Source of the DNA: Azolla caroliniana
Lineage: Eukaryota; Plantae; Polypodiophyta
NCBI GenBank assembly: GCA_043228905.1
Contig: JBHGNT010000021.1
Location: forward strand, 11,346,001 to 11,410,000
Direction of reading: 5' to 3'
DNA length: 64,000 nucleotides
Both the position numbers and the translations under genes were made by a program. Within the stretch, counting starts at the first letter, position 1, and the number at the start of each line of letters is the position of its first letter. The notes under the pieces are model-generated. The model worked only from the letters and a program-made list of their open reading frames with translations, did no database searches and was not told the DNA's origin. Positions 1-11,753 of this stretch are shown here, in pieces.

Positions 1-30
1 TAATCTCTTATTCCTCTTTTCTCTCATACT

Positions 31-1158
31 ATGGCCACTGTTAGCGCCCAAGAATACCAATCCGTTTTTTTGGACTTGCAATGCTTGAAAGAGATGTTTC
101 TCACATTGGAACAAGAAAATCAACGACTGTTGGGGGAGCTTCAACAAATCTCCTTAGAGAGGCAACATACGCAACAACAACACGGGGAACTAGCGTTACG
201 TGTGCAACAGCTCAAAGCAACCATAGTAGCAATTCAACAACAAGGATCCAATACGCAAGGGATTCATAAAGAACCCAAGATCCGCCTTTCCATGAAATTC
301 GATGGAACGTGATCGCAGTTTAGAGGATTCCATAATCAGGTACGATTAGTCATTCAATTGCATCCTTCCTGATATCACACCGATGCATCACGAGTAGGTT
401 TAGTAGGCACGTTGTTAAGTGGCTTAGCTTTGGCATGGTTCACTCGGTTGTTAGAAAAGGAATCTCCTTTACTAAACAATTTTGAAGAGTTTTTAAGTGA
501 GTTTAAAGCCTGTTTTGGAGATACTGACACCATAAGGACAACAATCAACAAAATCCAACGATTACGTCAAGGTGATCGTCCAGCCTCCGCATACGCTGCA
601 GATTTCCGCCTACTTGCCTCCGATATCCCCTAGGATGACAAGGCACTTATGGAGCAATTTTGTTATGGTCTACGTAATGATGTCAAGGATTTACTCTTGA
701 CCTTCCCCGAAGAACCAAATTCATTGATAGAAGCAATCAGTCGTGCGGTGAGATGCGACAACCGTCTCTTCGAACGACGTTCGGAATGTCAGTTCCAGAT
801 GACACGAGCAAGATCAGAACCCACCTATGCCTCAGTGGTAGCAAAACCTTTTCCAAGGGAGTCATGTAACACGTCTCCAGTGAATACTCCAACTCCGATG
901 GAAATTGACAGTACATGTCGTCACGAACCATTATCGGAAGAAGAAAAGCAGCGATGCCAAGCAAATTGACTATGTCTTTATTGCGGTGGACCAAGGCATA
1001 TTGCAATGAACTGTCCCCATAGGCCAAGAAGACAGGTGAACCAAATAGTTGCTACTTCTAATTGTACTAAACCCGAGTCTATTTCAGTAGGAATATTTGA
1101 TAGTCCTAATAGTACTAATAGCCCAAATCTAACGAACAAATTTGATGTCCTTAGTTAG
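31..1158 (+). pseudogene. gag: gag of chromovirus Gypsy (several in-frame stops)
   Basis: Coiled-coil N-terminus, KFDG, capsid-like LRQG...YAADF, PMEID, and a CLYCGGPRH..NC-type zinc knuckle near 970-1015. Confidence 0.85.
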
Positions 1159-1208
1159 TTAGAAGAAGAGCTAAACGACTATGTCTAACCATAATAGGAG
1201 CCGTTTGG

Positions 1209-2520
1209 TTGGACAACCCTAGATATGTGCAGCCCATTAGTGTTTCCATTCCCTCTAAGCAAGTTAGCAATGTGTTCTTAGCCCAAGTAATCGTTAGTAC
1301 TAAAAGTACCTCTCCAGTACATGTCTCAGCACTTCTAGATTCCGGAGCTAATTCTTGCTTCATGGATAGGAATTTTGCCCAAGCTCATCAGATATCCCTA
1401 AGAAAACTCCCATGTCCAACCTCTGTAGTGATTATTGATGGTCATCCCATTGCTTCCGGAAACATCATAGAAGAGTCAGAGCTCGTTAATATTGTCCTAG
1501 ATAATTTAGCGTGTGTAGTATCCTTTAATATAATTTGTATCCCTGAACATCCCATTGTTTTGGGATTACCATGGTTCGAATTATATAACCCATACATAGA
1601 TTGGAGAACAAGGGAAGTCCGGTATCAACAAACCCGAGGATCTACTCATAAGATTGCAACCATTTCGCTACATCAGTTGCGTGAGGAAGGATGCAAGGAA
1701 GAAATGTTTCTGTTCAAAGTATCAGTAAAACCCTCCAACACCACTAAAGAGGAGTCCACCATTCAACTTCCCGAGAAGTATCTTCATTATGCCGATGTGT
1801 TCGATAAAGTACAAGCCAATACGCTTCCTCACCATCGACCGTATGATTGCCCCATCGATTTACAATTGGGAAAAGAGCCACCATAGGGACCGATCTACAA
1901 TTTGTCACTAACCGAGCTAGAAATTCGAGCCTATATAGAGGAGAATTTGGCAAATGGTTTCATTCGACATTCGAAATCTCCAACCGACACACACATTTTC
2001 TTTGTCAAGAAAAAGGATGGATCAGTTCGTCTCGTCGTAGATTACTGTGGCTTGAATAAGGTCACCATCAGGAATAGGTACACACTTCCCCTTATCTGAA
2101 GTCTTTTAGAATGGATCAATGGTGCAAGGTTCTTCACAAAGATCGACTTATGAGGAGCATATAACCTCGTATGGATCTGACCAGGAGATGAATGGAAGAC
2201 CGTAATTTGCACCAGATATGGCACTTCGAGTATACGGCCGTGCCATTCGGCCTCACTAATGCGCCAACAGTCTTCCAACACATGGCAAATGATATATTCC
2301 AAGATCTCTTGGATGTTTGTTTGATCATCTATTTGGATGATCTACTGGTTTATTTGAAGACCCAAGAAGAGCATGATTCTCATGTACTGTTAGTACTAAA
2401 ATGACTTCGAGAACATGGTCTTTATGCAAAGCTAGAAAAATGTAGTTTCGAGTGTAACCAGGTAGAATTTCTAGGCTATGTCATTTCCTCAAAAGGCATC
2501 TCCATGGATCTAGCTAAGGT
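1209..2520 (+). pseudogene. pol: pol N-terminal part (aspartic protease + RT), truncated at 2520
   Basis: [48 protein letters not shown]; stops and frameshifts; RNase H missing. Confidence 0.9.
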
Positions 2521-2750
2521 CACTTCTCTATTAATTATCTGTTGTTACTTACATTGTCTCCGAATCCTTTTATAGGTATCCGGTTGGGTTACAAACACGT
2601 GCCAACCGGCAACCGGCTATGAACCGGTTCAGATCCGGATCGGCATATAGATTCCAGGTCTGTTCGTCCGTTCTTATAATTATCATAATTTATCTAATTA
2701 AAACTCCCAAAACCGGCTCCCCTTTCATACTTTGGCCTAACCGACCAACA
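2521..2750 (-). repeat. Partial 3' LTR of the truncated Gypsy
   Basis: Starts TGTTGG on the minus strand just after the CGTGCCA motif; contains CCTATAAAAGG like the LTRs at 21732 and 28913. Confidence 0.7.
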
Positions 2751-2803
2751 CATGGCACGCATGTGGGACAATACATTGTATGTCGAACCCACGGTTAGCC
2801 CCT

Positions 2804-5515
2804 TTATTCATCCTCCAAAATGTCCAGAATGCTCTGGTCCAGGGGTTCCAATGGTTCATCGAGTAGTTGCTCCATAGGTTCCTATTGTTGCGGTTGTTGT
2901 TGATCTCTGGCCTACTCTTCCTCTCTGACCCTATTTGTTTCCGGCTCTACTAGTCTCGGCGCTTCTGGCTCCAACTCCTTCGTCCTTAGCTCCTCCATCT
3001 GCTACATTGCGGCTTTGTCGGGCTCCTCTTGTCTGACTTCTTTTGGCTGCTCTACTCAAGCTTCGTTTGGCTGGCCTCCACAAGTCTCGGCTACATTCAG
3101 TGGCTGCTCTGGAGATTGATCTCCATCACTGATGTTAATTGCCGCTGACATTTGCGATGCTATCTACCATCTTCGCTCCCATTCGTATCGCTCAAACTAG
3201 AGTAGAGTGCCAAGCTGGTCATCATCTACTTGTTCTACCAGCTGCCTTACAGTCGCCAATTGTTCCCGTGCCAGGGACAAGAAATCATCCGACAACTCCC
3301 ATATGGTTACAATACTCTCTGCATCCATCTTGTAGAAGTTGTCACCATCCTTTCTCTGGTTTTTCGCATCCACTCGCAGCGTCTGTAATTCCTCCGCCTA
3401 TTGTGCCCATTTGGACCACCATTGCATTGAGCTTTCACCAATCATAGTCTTCGTTCATTCTTTGCATGCTAGCACAATGGCGTGGATCCGGCCAAGCCCC
3501 ATCTTGGATTTGTCCTCTGTAGCCTGCTTTTCCTCCTTTAACTTCTTTATTAGGCCCACAGTTGCCTGTGCTTGCACCTCATATTCCAGGAATTGAGTTT
3601 GATAAGTTGATTGGACTCTATTTAGCGCCATCTTTGCTTGTTCCATTTCCTCATAATGCTCCCGGTTGAGCTCCATCTAGTCCCTTGCCACTTCTTCCAA
3701 TGCCTTTGCCATGTCAACCGCCTTGGTTCGCTCTTTTGCCAATGCCTCCGTCGCCCTGTTGACCTCATTTTGGAGTTCCCCTAGCTTCTCCTGCTGTCGG
3801 TCACCTTCTGCAATCAACTTCTTGTGCTTCGCATCCAAATGCTTGGGATCCCGGTGCAGTTGTTCAAAATCCTCCATCTTCTGCTTCACCTTTTGGTTTA
3901 TTTGGCGTCAGGGGCGGTCTTCCCGGTCTTTCTGCTACCGGAGTTCTTCTTTGAGCTGCTTGATTTTGGTTTCCGCCAATCGTCAGAGCTTATCCTTCAC
4001 TTGTAGCAGCTTCTCCTTTTCTTCCTTCAACCAGTCATTTAATTGGCAGCTTTTCCGGAGATTTTCTTCAAGTCTTCATTTCTCATCCTCTGTTGCCTTC
4101 TTCTGCTCTCGTTCTCTAGCCCTCAAGGCCTCTTGGGCTTCTAACTCTTCCTTGAAAGTGGTGAGTTCTTCTTCTCGTGTAATACTTGTGTCCGGTGCTG
4201 TAGGAGCTACTAGCGTGTTATCTATCTGTTGAGTCACCGGCGCCGTCGGTTCTGGTCCTATTGGCCCCAAACTGACCTGTCTGACCGCGTCTGCTTTGGC
4301 CTTCTCAACTTCTTCCTCCATGCTCCGGATCCTTGACTGGGCCTTCTCGAGTTCTTCGGTTGTGGTGAACAACCGATCTTGTTGTGCTCTCTCTTTTGCT
4401 TCAATTTGGCTTACAACGCTAGCCATCTCCTCTCTGATCCCTTACAGCCATTGACTGTTGGTGCCTTGTTGCCTTGCTGGTTGCGGTTGCGGTGTTGGCT
4501 CTGCTCTTGCCACAAACCCTTGTTGTAATGTCGTCTCTCGTGGAAACTCCTTCTCTTGTTGTGCATGTCGACCCGGTGAGATTGGTGCTTCTGTTACCGT
4601 TACTGGCTGAACAGGCTCTGGTTCCTCAGAGTGGGGTGTCGGTGTGCTGTCCTTTACCAGGCCCGATTTGTCCCTTTTCTACTCTGCGTCGCTTCTCTTT
4701 CGGCGACGTAGGAGAGTGTCAGCGGGTTCTTCCTCTGCCTCCTCCTCTTGGGTTCCCATGTTTATCCCTTGAGCCAAGTTAGGCGGCTCTTGCTCTTGCC
4801 GACGCAATATGATTTTAAGAGGCCTAATCGGTTGCTCTACTAGTGCCTCTGTCTCCGCCTGCCGCTTCCGACTGGGCTACTCCTTTTCTTTCTGTAATGA
4901 ACCTCCCTCTATCCAACCGGGAGTGTGCTTGGCAAGGAGTTGCTGCTGTTTTGAGGGCTTGTTTGGGGTCATGTCGGTCGTTCGGGCCCGCGTCTTTGCC
5001 TTTAATGTCAGTATCGGTGATACCAGGAGAGTGAGCCATTGACCCATTGTTGTCCACACCTTCTTGCCGACTAGCACCGATTGTATGGCCCCTCGCAAAC
5101 AATCAACGATGATTACCGGCCAATCCACCTTTACCCCTTCATATGTGGCGATGATGAATTCGGCTTTGTTCTTTGGCATTGCCGGGGGTCGGGGGTGCAC
5201 AAACCCATACTCGTGGAGTACATGAGCTACTTCTCGGAACAAGGCGTCGTCACCGCCGCCCTATGTCCGGTGTGCTTTGTTGGCCAGGGAGTACTCCCTG
5301 AAGAACTTCATCAGTGTCTCTGGGGAAGGGTTCTCAATGGGGTAGATCCTTCCCTTTGGCAATCCAATTAAGGCGCAGATGGCCGTGATTACTTCTAGGT
5401 CGATCTTCTTCGCAACCTTTTCCGCTTCTTCATGCAGAGGTGCCTCTGCTATTCGTAGGAAGCCCTCCAAGACATGTTGAGTGAACCCTTTCTTGGCAGT
5501 CTCGAAGTGTGCCAT
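2804..5515 (-). pseudogene. Extra post-integrase ORF (conserved N-domain + long coiled coil), fragmented
   Basis: GFLRIAEAPLH, FREVAHVLHE.G, MPKNKAEFIIATYEG.KVDW align by eye with the ORFs at 26400-28868 and 40650-43410. Confidence 0.75.
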
Positions 5516-7644
5516 GGACTCCAATGTGTCCTTAGTTTCAGTGGCAGTGGGGAGCTTTGGTGTGCATGTGGTAGCTTCTAGCGTTCGCCTAATCACCTGT
5601 ATCCATCTCTGTGTGCGAAGTGTTGTATGTTCACGAAATGAGAGAGACTTTGTTATGCGGAGGTATTGTGTTCCCATCCTTGCCGCCTTTTCTCGATTCC
5701 CGTGCATGCACATCGTGTGCTTTTAATAGTGGCTGTGTGACGCATGGTCGGCTTTAAATGACTGATGTCACATCGTTTTGAGGTGTCCGTTCATTTTTTA
5801 ATGGCCTTCATTTTTTATTTTTTTTCTTTGCCTGCAGGATGGTTTTTCTTCACGTCTTTACTCCTCGCCCCTGCATGATGGCTCTTTCTTTTTGTTTTTT
5901 TCCCCGCACATGGTATTCTAAACCCTTGTATCCGGCAACACCGGATCCGTTGTATGTTCCTAGCTGATATGGGTTCTGTGGTATTGGTCTATAATACGGT
6001 TTTGGTCCAAAACCATTTACCCACTTTTCCACAACTTCACCGACCAGTGTTCCTAGCTGATATGAGCCTTTAAACTATCGTGTTATCCAGTACAGTCCGG
6101 TCCACCGGAATTGTAACTTTCCTGGCATTTTGCTCAACTGGGTCTGAAATACTAACATCGGCTTGCCAATTTCGAACATTTTCTTGTTCTCTTTCCGGTG
6201 CCGGTCGACAAATGCTTTCCATTGTCGTTGCTCGAGTTCCAACTGCAGAATGCTCACTATCCGTGTTCTTCTAATTCGCACAATGTCGATAGTCGGATGT
6301 TTTCCGATTCCTTCACACTTAACCTTTCCCGTACTTGAATCCACAAACTCGGAATTTGAAACTCTATCGGCATGACCGCTTCTAATCCGAAAGCTAACTG
6401 GAATGGTGTTGTCCGGATACTTGTTTTGTACACGGTTCAGTAAGCCTACAACGCACTCTATAGCTTCGTGTCCCAGTTGGTGCAGTTTTCATTGACTATT
6501 TTCCGGAGGATGTTCTGCAAGGTTTTGTTGGTGGATACGGCCAATCCGTTGGCTTGTGGATAATAAGGTGTACTCCACTTGTGTACAACCACATAAAACG
6601 TCGTCAAGCTCTCTACTACTTGACCGAGGAAATGTCCTCCTTGATCACTGATCAATTCTATCGGGCATCCATACTAGCACCAAATGTACTCGTATAGGAA
6701 CTTGGTCGTTGAGGCCGCGGTATTATCCCGGAGTGCCTTTGCTTCCACCCATTTGGTGCAATATTCTGTTGCTACAATGATATACCGGTTCCCAAAGGTT
6801 TGAAAGGTCCAACAAAGTACAATCCCCATTTTTGAAACGACTCCAGTGGTAACACCAACTGGTGTGGCATCCTTGCTTGTTCTGTTGTTTGGCCCATCCG
6901 TTGACATAAGTCGCATTCCTTTGCATACCGAATCGAGTCCTTCAGTGTTGTAGGCCACCACAATCCACTTCGCCATATCTTCCTTACTGTTGCGTCTCTA
7001 ACATAATGTCCTCCAGCGACTCCACAGTGAACTTCCCGTAAAATTGTCTGCTTTTCGTCACACCGAACCACTCTTCGCCATATACCATCCACTCCCTTGT
7101 GGTACAACATATCTTGCAATAAACAAAAATGTCACCTTTGTACCGCCAACCTCTTCCGTTCGTCCCGTTTTAGTTCTTCCGGGGACAATCCGGTGCTTTA
7201 AAACTAATGCATATTCGTCAGCCATTTGTCCTCCTCGGCAACCGTCTCGTCCACCGTAATCTCCGTTGTTACCCTAAACAATTGCGCATCCGGAAGGTCA
7301 TCTTTGACGTCGTCGCCTGCCTCTCCAGATTCTAACCAGCTCAAGTAATCCACGACCGCATGTTGTACTCCGGTCTGTGGTAAATCTCAAATTTGAACTC
7401 CTGTAGAAGTAGCATCCATCGTGCTAGTTTGCCGGTTAGCGATGACTTGGAGACTAAGTACAATAATGTCGAATGATCCACGTGGAATGAGAATTTCTGT
7501 CCCAGCAAATAGTGATGGAACTACGTTACGTTGTATATCATTCCCAAGGCTTCCCTTTCCGTTGTCGAATAATTCCGTTCCGCCTGGGAGAGCTTCTGAC
7601 TAGTGTAGTAAACTAGCTAGTACCACTTTGGTTCGGTGAGCTGC

Positions 7645-9180
7645 AAGTATTCTTGGGACCAACACGACTGCAAGCAACGCAGGTCTTCGGAGTGCCCTTG
7701 GATTCCCATGTTATCGATACCATACGTGAGGACTTGAAGACAGATGCTTTCGCCCAAGCTATTCTAGCACAAATTGATCCCTCTCGAGCATCTTGTTCAT
7801 AGTCGCAACAACTAGGTACGGACTATCGACAATTCGAATGTCATGATGGATACTATTCTTTAAGAAACTCTTCTATGTTCCTAATGGTTCTTGTTGCCTT
7901 CAAGTAGTCCAAAATTGTCATGACACATATACAACTGGGCATTTTGGTAGTACTAAAACATTAGATTTAATACAACGATCATTTTGGTGGCCCCATATGC
8001 GACAATTTGCCGAAGATTTTGTTTGGACTTGTGATACATACATGTTGTAGAGAAAAAATGCCAAGGCATCATCCATATGGTTTATTAGAACCATTACCAA
8101 TTCCAGGCAAGCCATGGCAATCCATAGCTCTAGATGTCATCACAGATCTTCTGGTCTCTAAGGGATTCGATGTGATCTTTAACAGTAGTAGATCGATATA
8201 CAAAGATGGCCCATTTTCTATCATGTACTAAGTAAATCTCTAGTGAGGAAACTGCCGAATCGCCATGCGTGAAGTATGTCAGCATCGTGGCCTTTCCGAT
8301 AGTATCATTAGCGACTGTGGACACCAATTCGTCTCGAAATTCTAGAATCACCACTTTAAAATGCTCAAGGTCACTTGTAACCTCTCCTCTAGCTACCACC
8401 CGCAAACAGACGGCCAAGCAAAATGATCAAATCAAACATCGGAGTAGTATCTTCGGTGCTTTCTAAGTTATCCTCAAAATGACTGGGCGGACATTCTCCA
8501 TTTCGTCGAATTTGCGTATAATAACTCTGTCTAGTCATCGACAAAGGTTACACCATTTTATGCTTATACGGGTTGTCACCCCCAATGGTGTGTATTTGAA
8601 ACCCCAAAGTTACCCACAAATCCTTGCGTAGAGGATCGTTTGGAGCGGTTATGCAAGGTACAAGAAGATTTATCTGCTCATCTATAGCAAGCTCAACAAA
8701 CACACAAGGTTTACGCGGATCGTTTGGAGTGGTTACGCAAGGTACAAGAAGATTTATCTTCTCATCTACAGCAAGCTCAACAAACACACAAGGTTTACGC
8801 GGATCGTCATCAGCTTCCATCTAGTTTTAACATTGGAGATCAGGTATGACTACTTCGATGACACATCAAGACTACTCGCCCATGCGAGAAGTTGGATTAT
8901 CGACAATTAGGTCCTTTCCGTATTATCGGAAAAATTAATGATGTCACTTTTCCTCTCGATCTACCTCCACAAATTCGGATACATCCGATGTTTCATAGTT
9001 CTCTCCTGGAACGTTCTCAAGACAACACCATCCCAGGTCGTATTAAACAACCTCCATCCACGATCGAACCAATAAAGAATGTGACCAATGCTGATCGAAC
9101 CAATAAAGAATGTGACCAATGCTCGTGCTCTTCTTGAAGCCTTCCATCATCAATATCCAGACAAACCGGGTCCTCAATCC
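7645..9180 (+). pseudogene. pol: Integrase remnant of the chromovirus Gypsy, chromodomain largely deleted
   Basis: PYGLLEPLPIPGKPWQSIALD, YHPQTDGQ-like segment, LDYRQLGPF, IHPMFHSSLL (GPF/Y module). Confidence 0.85.
8633..8807 (+). repeat. 84-bp tandem duplication in integrase
   Basis: Units start GGATCGT at 8633 and 8717, with the same 7-mer again at 8801 (microhomology). Confidence 0.9.
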
Positions 9181-9220
9181 AAAACAACTCGTGACACTTG
9201 TTGTTTTAAAAGGGGAATAG

Positions 9221-9640
9221 TGTCATGATATGGCAAGACTCGAACCCATGACCTTACGTTACATGGTTCGAGCTCTTGACCATTAGACTATTTGTTATAA
9301 AACGAAAGATATTATTTGCATTTAAGTTTTACTATAGAAAATTGATGTATATTCTAGATTTCTCTAGAACATTCTAGAAACTTTAGGAGTACTCCTGAGA
9401 ACACTATAAAAGGAGGCACAAGCCATTATTTTGAACCAAATCGGTTCTACGCTAGTCTTAAGCCTCCTAGTTACTATTGTATATTCTCTTAATATAATAT
9501 ATATCTTTTGTTATCATCATTTTCACTCTCTCTCTCTCTCAATCTCTCTCTCTCACTCACTCTTTCCTTCTCTCGAGAGTTCTACACCTCCTTTAGTACT
9601 AATCCTTATCTTTTAGTACTAATTCATGCTCTGTCTTAGT
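9221..9640 (+). repeat. 3' LTR of the chromovirus Gypsy, first part (completed by 29639-29682)
   Basis: TGTCA follows PPT AAAAGGGGAATAG; TATA-like CTATAAAAGG; sequence resumes after the Copia TSD and ends TGACA at 29682. Confidence 0.8.
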
Positions 9641-10147
9641 TGTTGGGAAACAGGTCCCTCTGGATGGTGCAGGCCCGATATGAACCGGATGAGGAGTACC
9701 CGGCTACGGAGAGCCGGATGGTGCAGGCCCGGTATGAACCGGAGGAAGAGACATATTCGTAAATATGTTTCTGAGAGCCCATCGTGGCTATATTTGTAAA
9801 TAGCCGAAAAGTCATATTAGTATAAATATGACTTAGGGCAAACTTTTAGTAACTGTTGTTGTTGTCATTCTTCCTTGTTGGTGCAAGAAGAGAGTGAGTG
9901 CGTAACTGTACAGAGAGAGAGAGAGAGACGAGGTCGTTGCCTCTGTTGTAACCGCCGCCTGTGGCGAGGAAGCGTGAGTCTGAGGTCGTTGCCTCTGTGA
10001 ACTCACTGTCTTGTACATTCATACATAGTGACAGTCCTGTGTACCATTTCTCTTCTCTGTGTCGTGTTTTATTTCCCGTTTTCTATGTATGAAAAGAAGC
10101 TCGGTTGTGGCCGAGCGTTGTGTATAAGGAACGTTGGGTTCCCGTCA
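9641..10147 (+). repeat. Copia 5' LTR (507 bp)
   Basis: Direct repeat of 21371-21731 + 29374-29633; TG...CA ends. Confidence 0.95.
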
Positions 10148-10149
10148 AG

Positions 10150-10161
10150 TGGTATCAGAGT
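10150..10161 (+). promoter_or_regulatory. Primer binding site, initiator tRNA-Met
   Basis: TGGTATCAGAG(T) 2 nt after the LTR; canonical form is TGGTATCAGAGC. Confidence 0.9.
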
Positions 10162-10988
10162 GAGGTTCGACACAGAAAATGGACGAATCATTTGGCAGCA
10201 TGTTCAAGCTCACCGGCTCCAACTATTCAGTATGGAAGTCGAAGATGAGGGACATACTCGTTGTTAAAGACCTCTGGCTGCCGGTTCAGTTCGGGGACAA
10301 GAGACCGGACAAAATCGACGCCGCGATATGGGAGGTGATGCACATGAAGACAACGACGTACATACGGTGCTTCATCGACATGAGCCTGTACAACAACTTC
10401 AATGAAGAGAGCAAGGCTCATGAGCTCTGGGAGAAGATCGGCATAATGTTTCAGAACGAAAATGTTGTCAATCAGGTGTCGGTATTCCGGAAGCTAGTAA
10501 GACTCCGGTATCAAGATGGCTCCAGCATGGCGGAGCACATGAATGCCTTCCAGGGGTTGATACACTAGACAACTTCATTGGAAGTAGCTCTCGCGGATGA
10601 GGTACTTGCGCTACTCCTGCTCGGTTCCCTCCCGGATAGCTGGGAGACGTTGGTTGTCACTTTGGGCAACGCCGGGCTGGAAGGAAAACGGTTATCCCTA
10701 GCAAGAGTAAAGTTGAGCTTGCTAGATGAGGAGGCGCGTCGGAAAGACAAAGATACGAGCTCCGACTCCAAAGCGCTTCTTACCGAATCGGAACGTGGAA
10801 GACATAGAAACCGTAGTCCCCATAACCGGGAGAAGTCGGGGACACGGTCAAAGTCAAGGGGGAGGCCTACTTGCTTCTATTGCGGCAAGCCGGGACACTT
10901 CCAAAAGAACTGTCGGCATTTCCGTAAAGACAAGGAAACCGACGGTACCGATTCGAAGCAAACCTCAGACCAGAACGGTAAAGACCGG

Positions 10989-11681
10989 TGTGGGGTTTGC
11001 TACGCCCTTGCGTGCAGAAAGGAGGAGGGACCACGGGGGTCTTGGACCGAAGAGCAAGAGAGAGAGGAGTAAGAGAGAGAGACCCGATTACACAGAACCG
11101 AAGATCGCATAGGGACACGGCCCAACAAACAGATCACAAATAAACGCCGACGCAGATGGACGCAACAAGAGAAGATATGTACTTATGAATGCAAGAAAAT
11201 AACAGACTAAAGTATTACAACCCACGGTGGGGCACGAAATAGATACTAACGAAAACGAACAGGGCGGCGAACAGATGCCGACCCCTGTATGTCGCGACGC
11301 ACAGAAAGGGAAAACAGGTCGGAGGTGCTGCAGGACGCGCTCGGGGCGTTCCACGGAACAGCGCAAGCCTCCTCGAAACCTGCACAGGTACGCGATGGAG
11401 CAGAAGACAGAGAAGGCAGGAGTGAGAGAGAAGCTCCGAAATCGGTTCGGCAGCACTTCGTCCTCTCCGCGCGAGATACCCCACTTCTAGCCTTCCTCCT
11501 CCTTTTATAGCCCGTCAAGAGGCCGTTTGGCATTAACTGCATACCAACCGAATCTACCCACCTAGGATCCTCGTATGTACCTACTTCGACCTTAGGTACT
11601 TCTTGGCGCGCGTGTGTGTGTAGAGCCGTTTCCCACGCCTTGTTCCTCCGATTCCTCTTGTGGGCGGTTTTCTTCACGACA
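10989..11681 (-). repeat. 3' LTR (693 bp) of the GC-rich Gypsy
   Basis: Direct repeat of 17412-18104; purine-rich tract GGTTAGGTGGGGGCGGA adjacent on the minus strand (11682-11698). Confidence 0.95.
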
Positions 11682-11753
11682 TCCGCCCCCACCTAACCGC
11701 GCATCCACCGGCATGCGCCAAATTAAGTTGGCACGGAGAAAACCGGCCCGCCT

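Larger units (their letters stand above)
2521..7644 (-). mobile_element. Truncated non-chromovirus Gypsy (Phygy/Athila-like): RNase H, integrase, extra 3' ORF and partial 3' LTR
   Basis: Minus-strand fragments LLQEFKFEI, HCGVAGGHY, ISDQGGHF, YYPQANGLA, VNGF..KPY; extra ORF at ~2804-5515; LTR begins TGTTGG at 2750 (minus) and is cut at 2521. No TSD because both ends are deleted. Confidence 0.85.
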
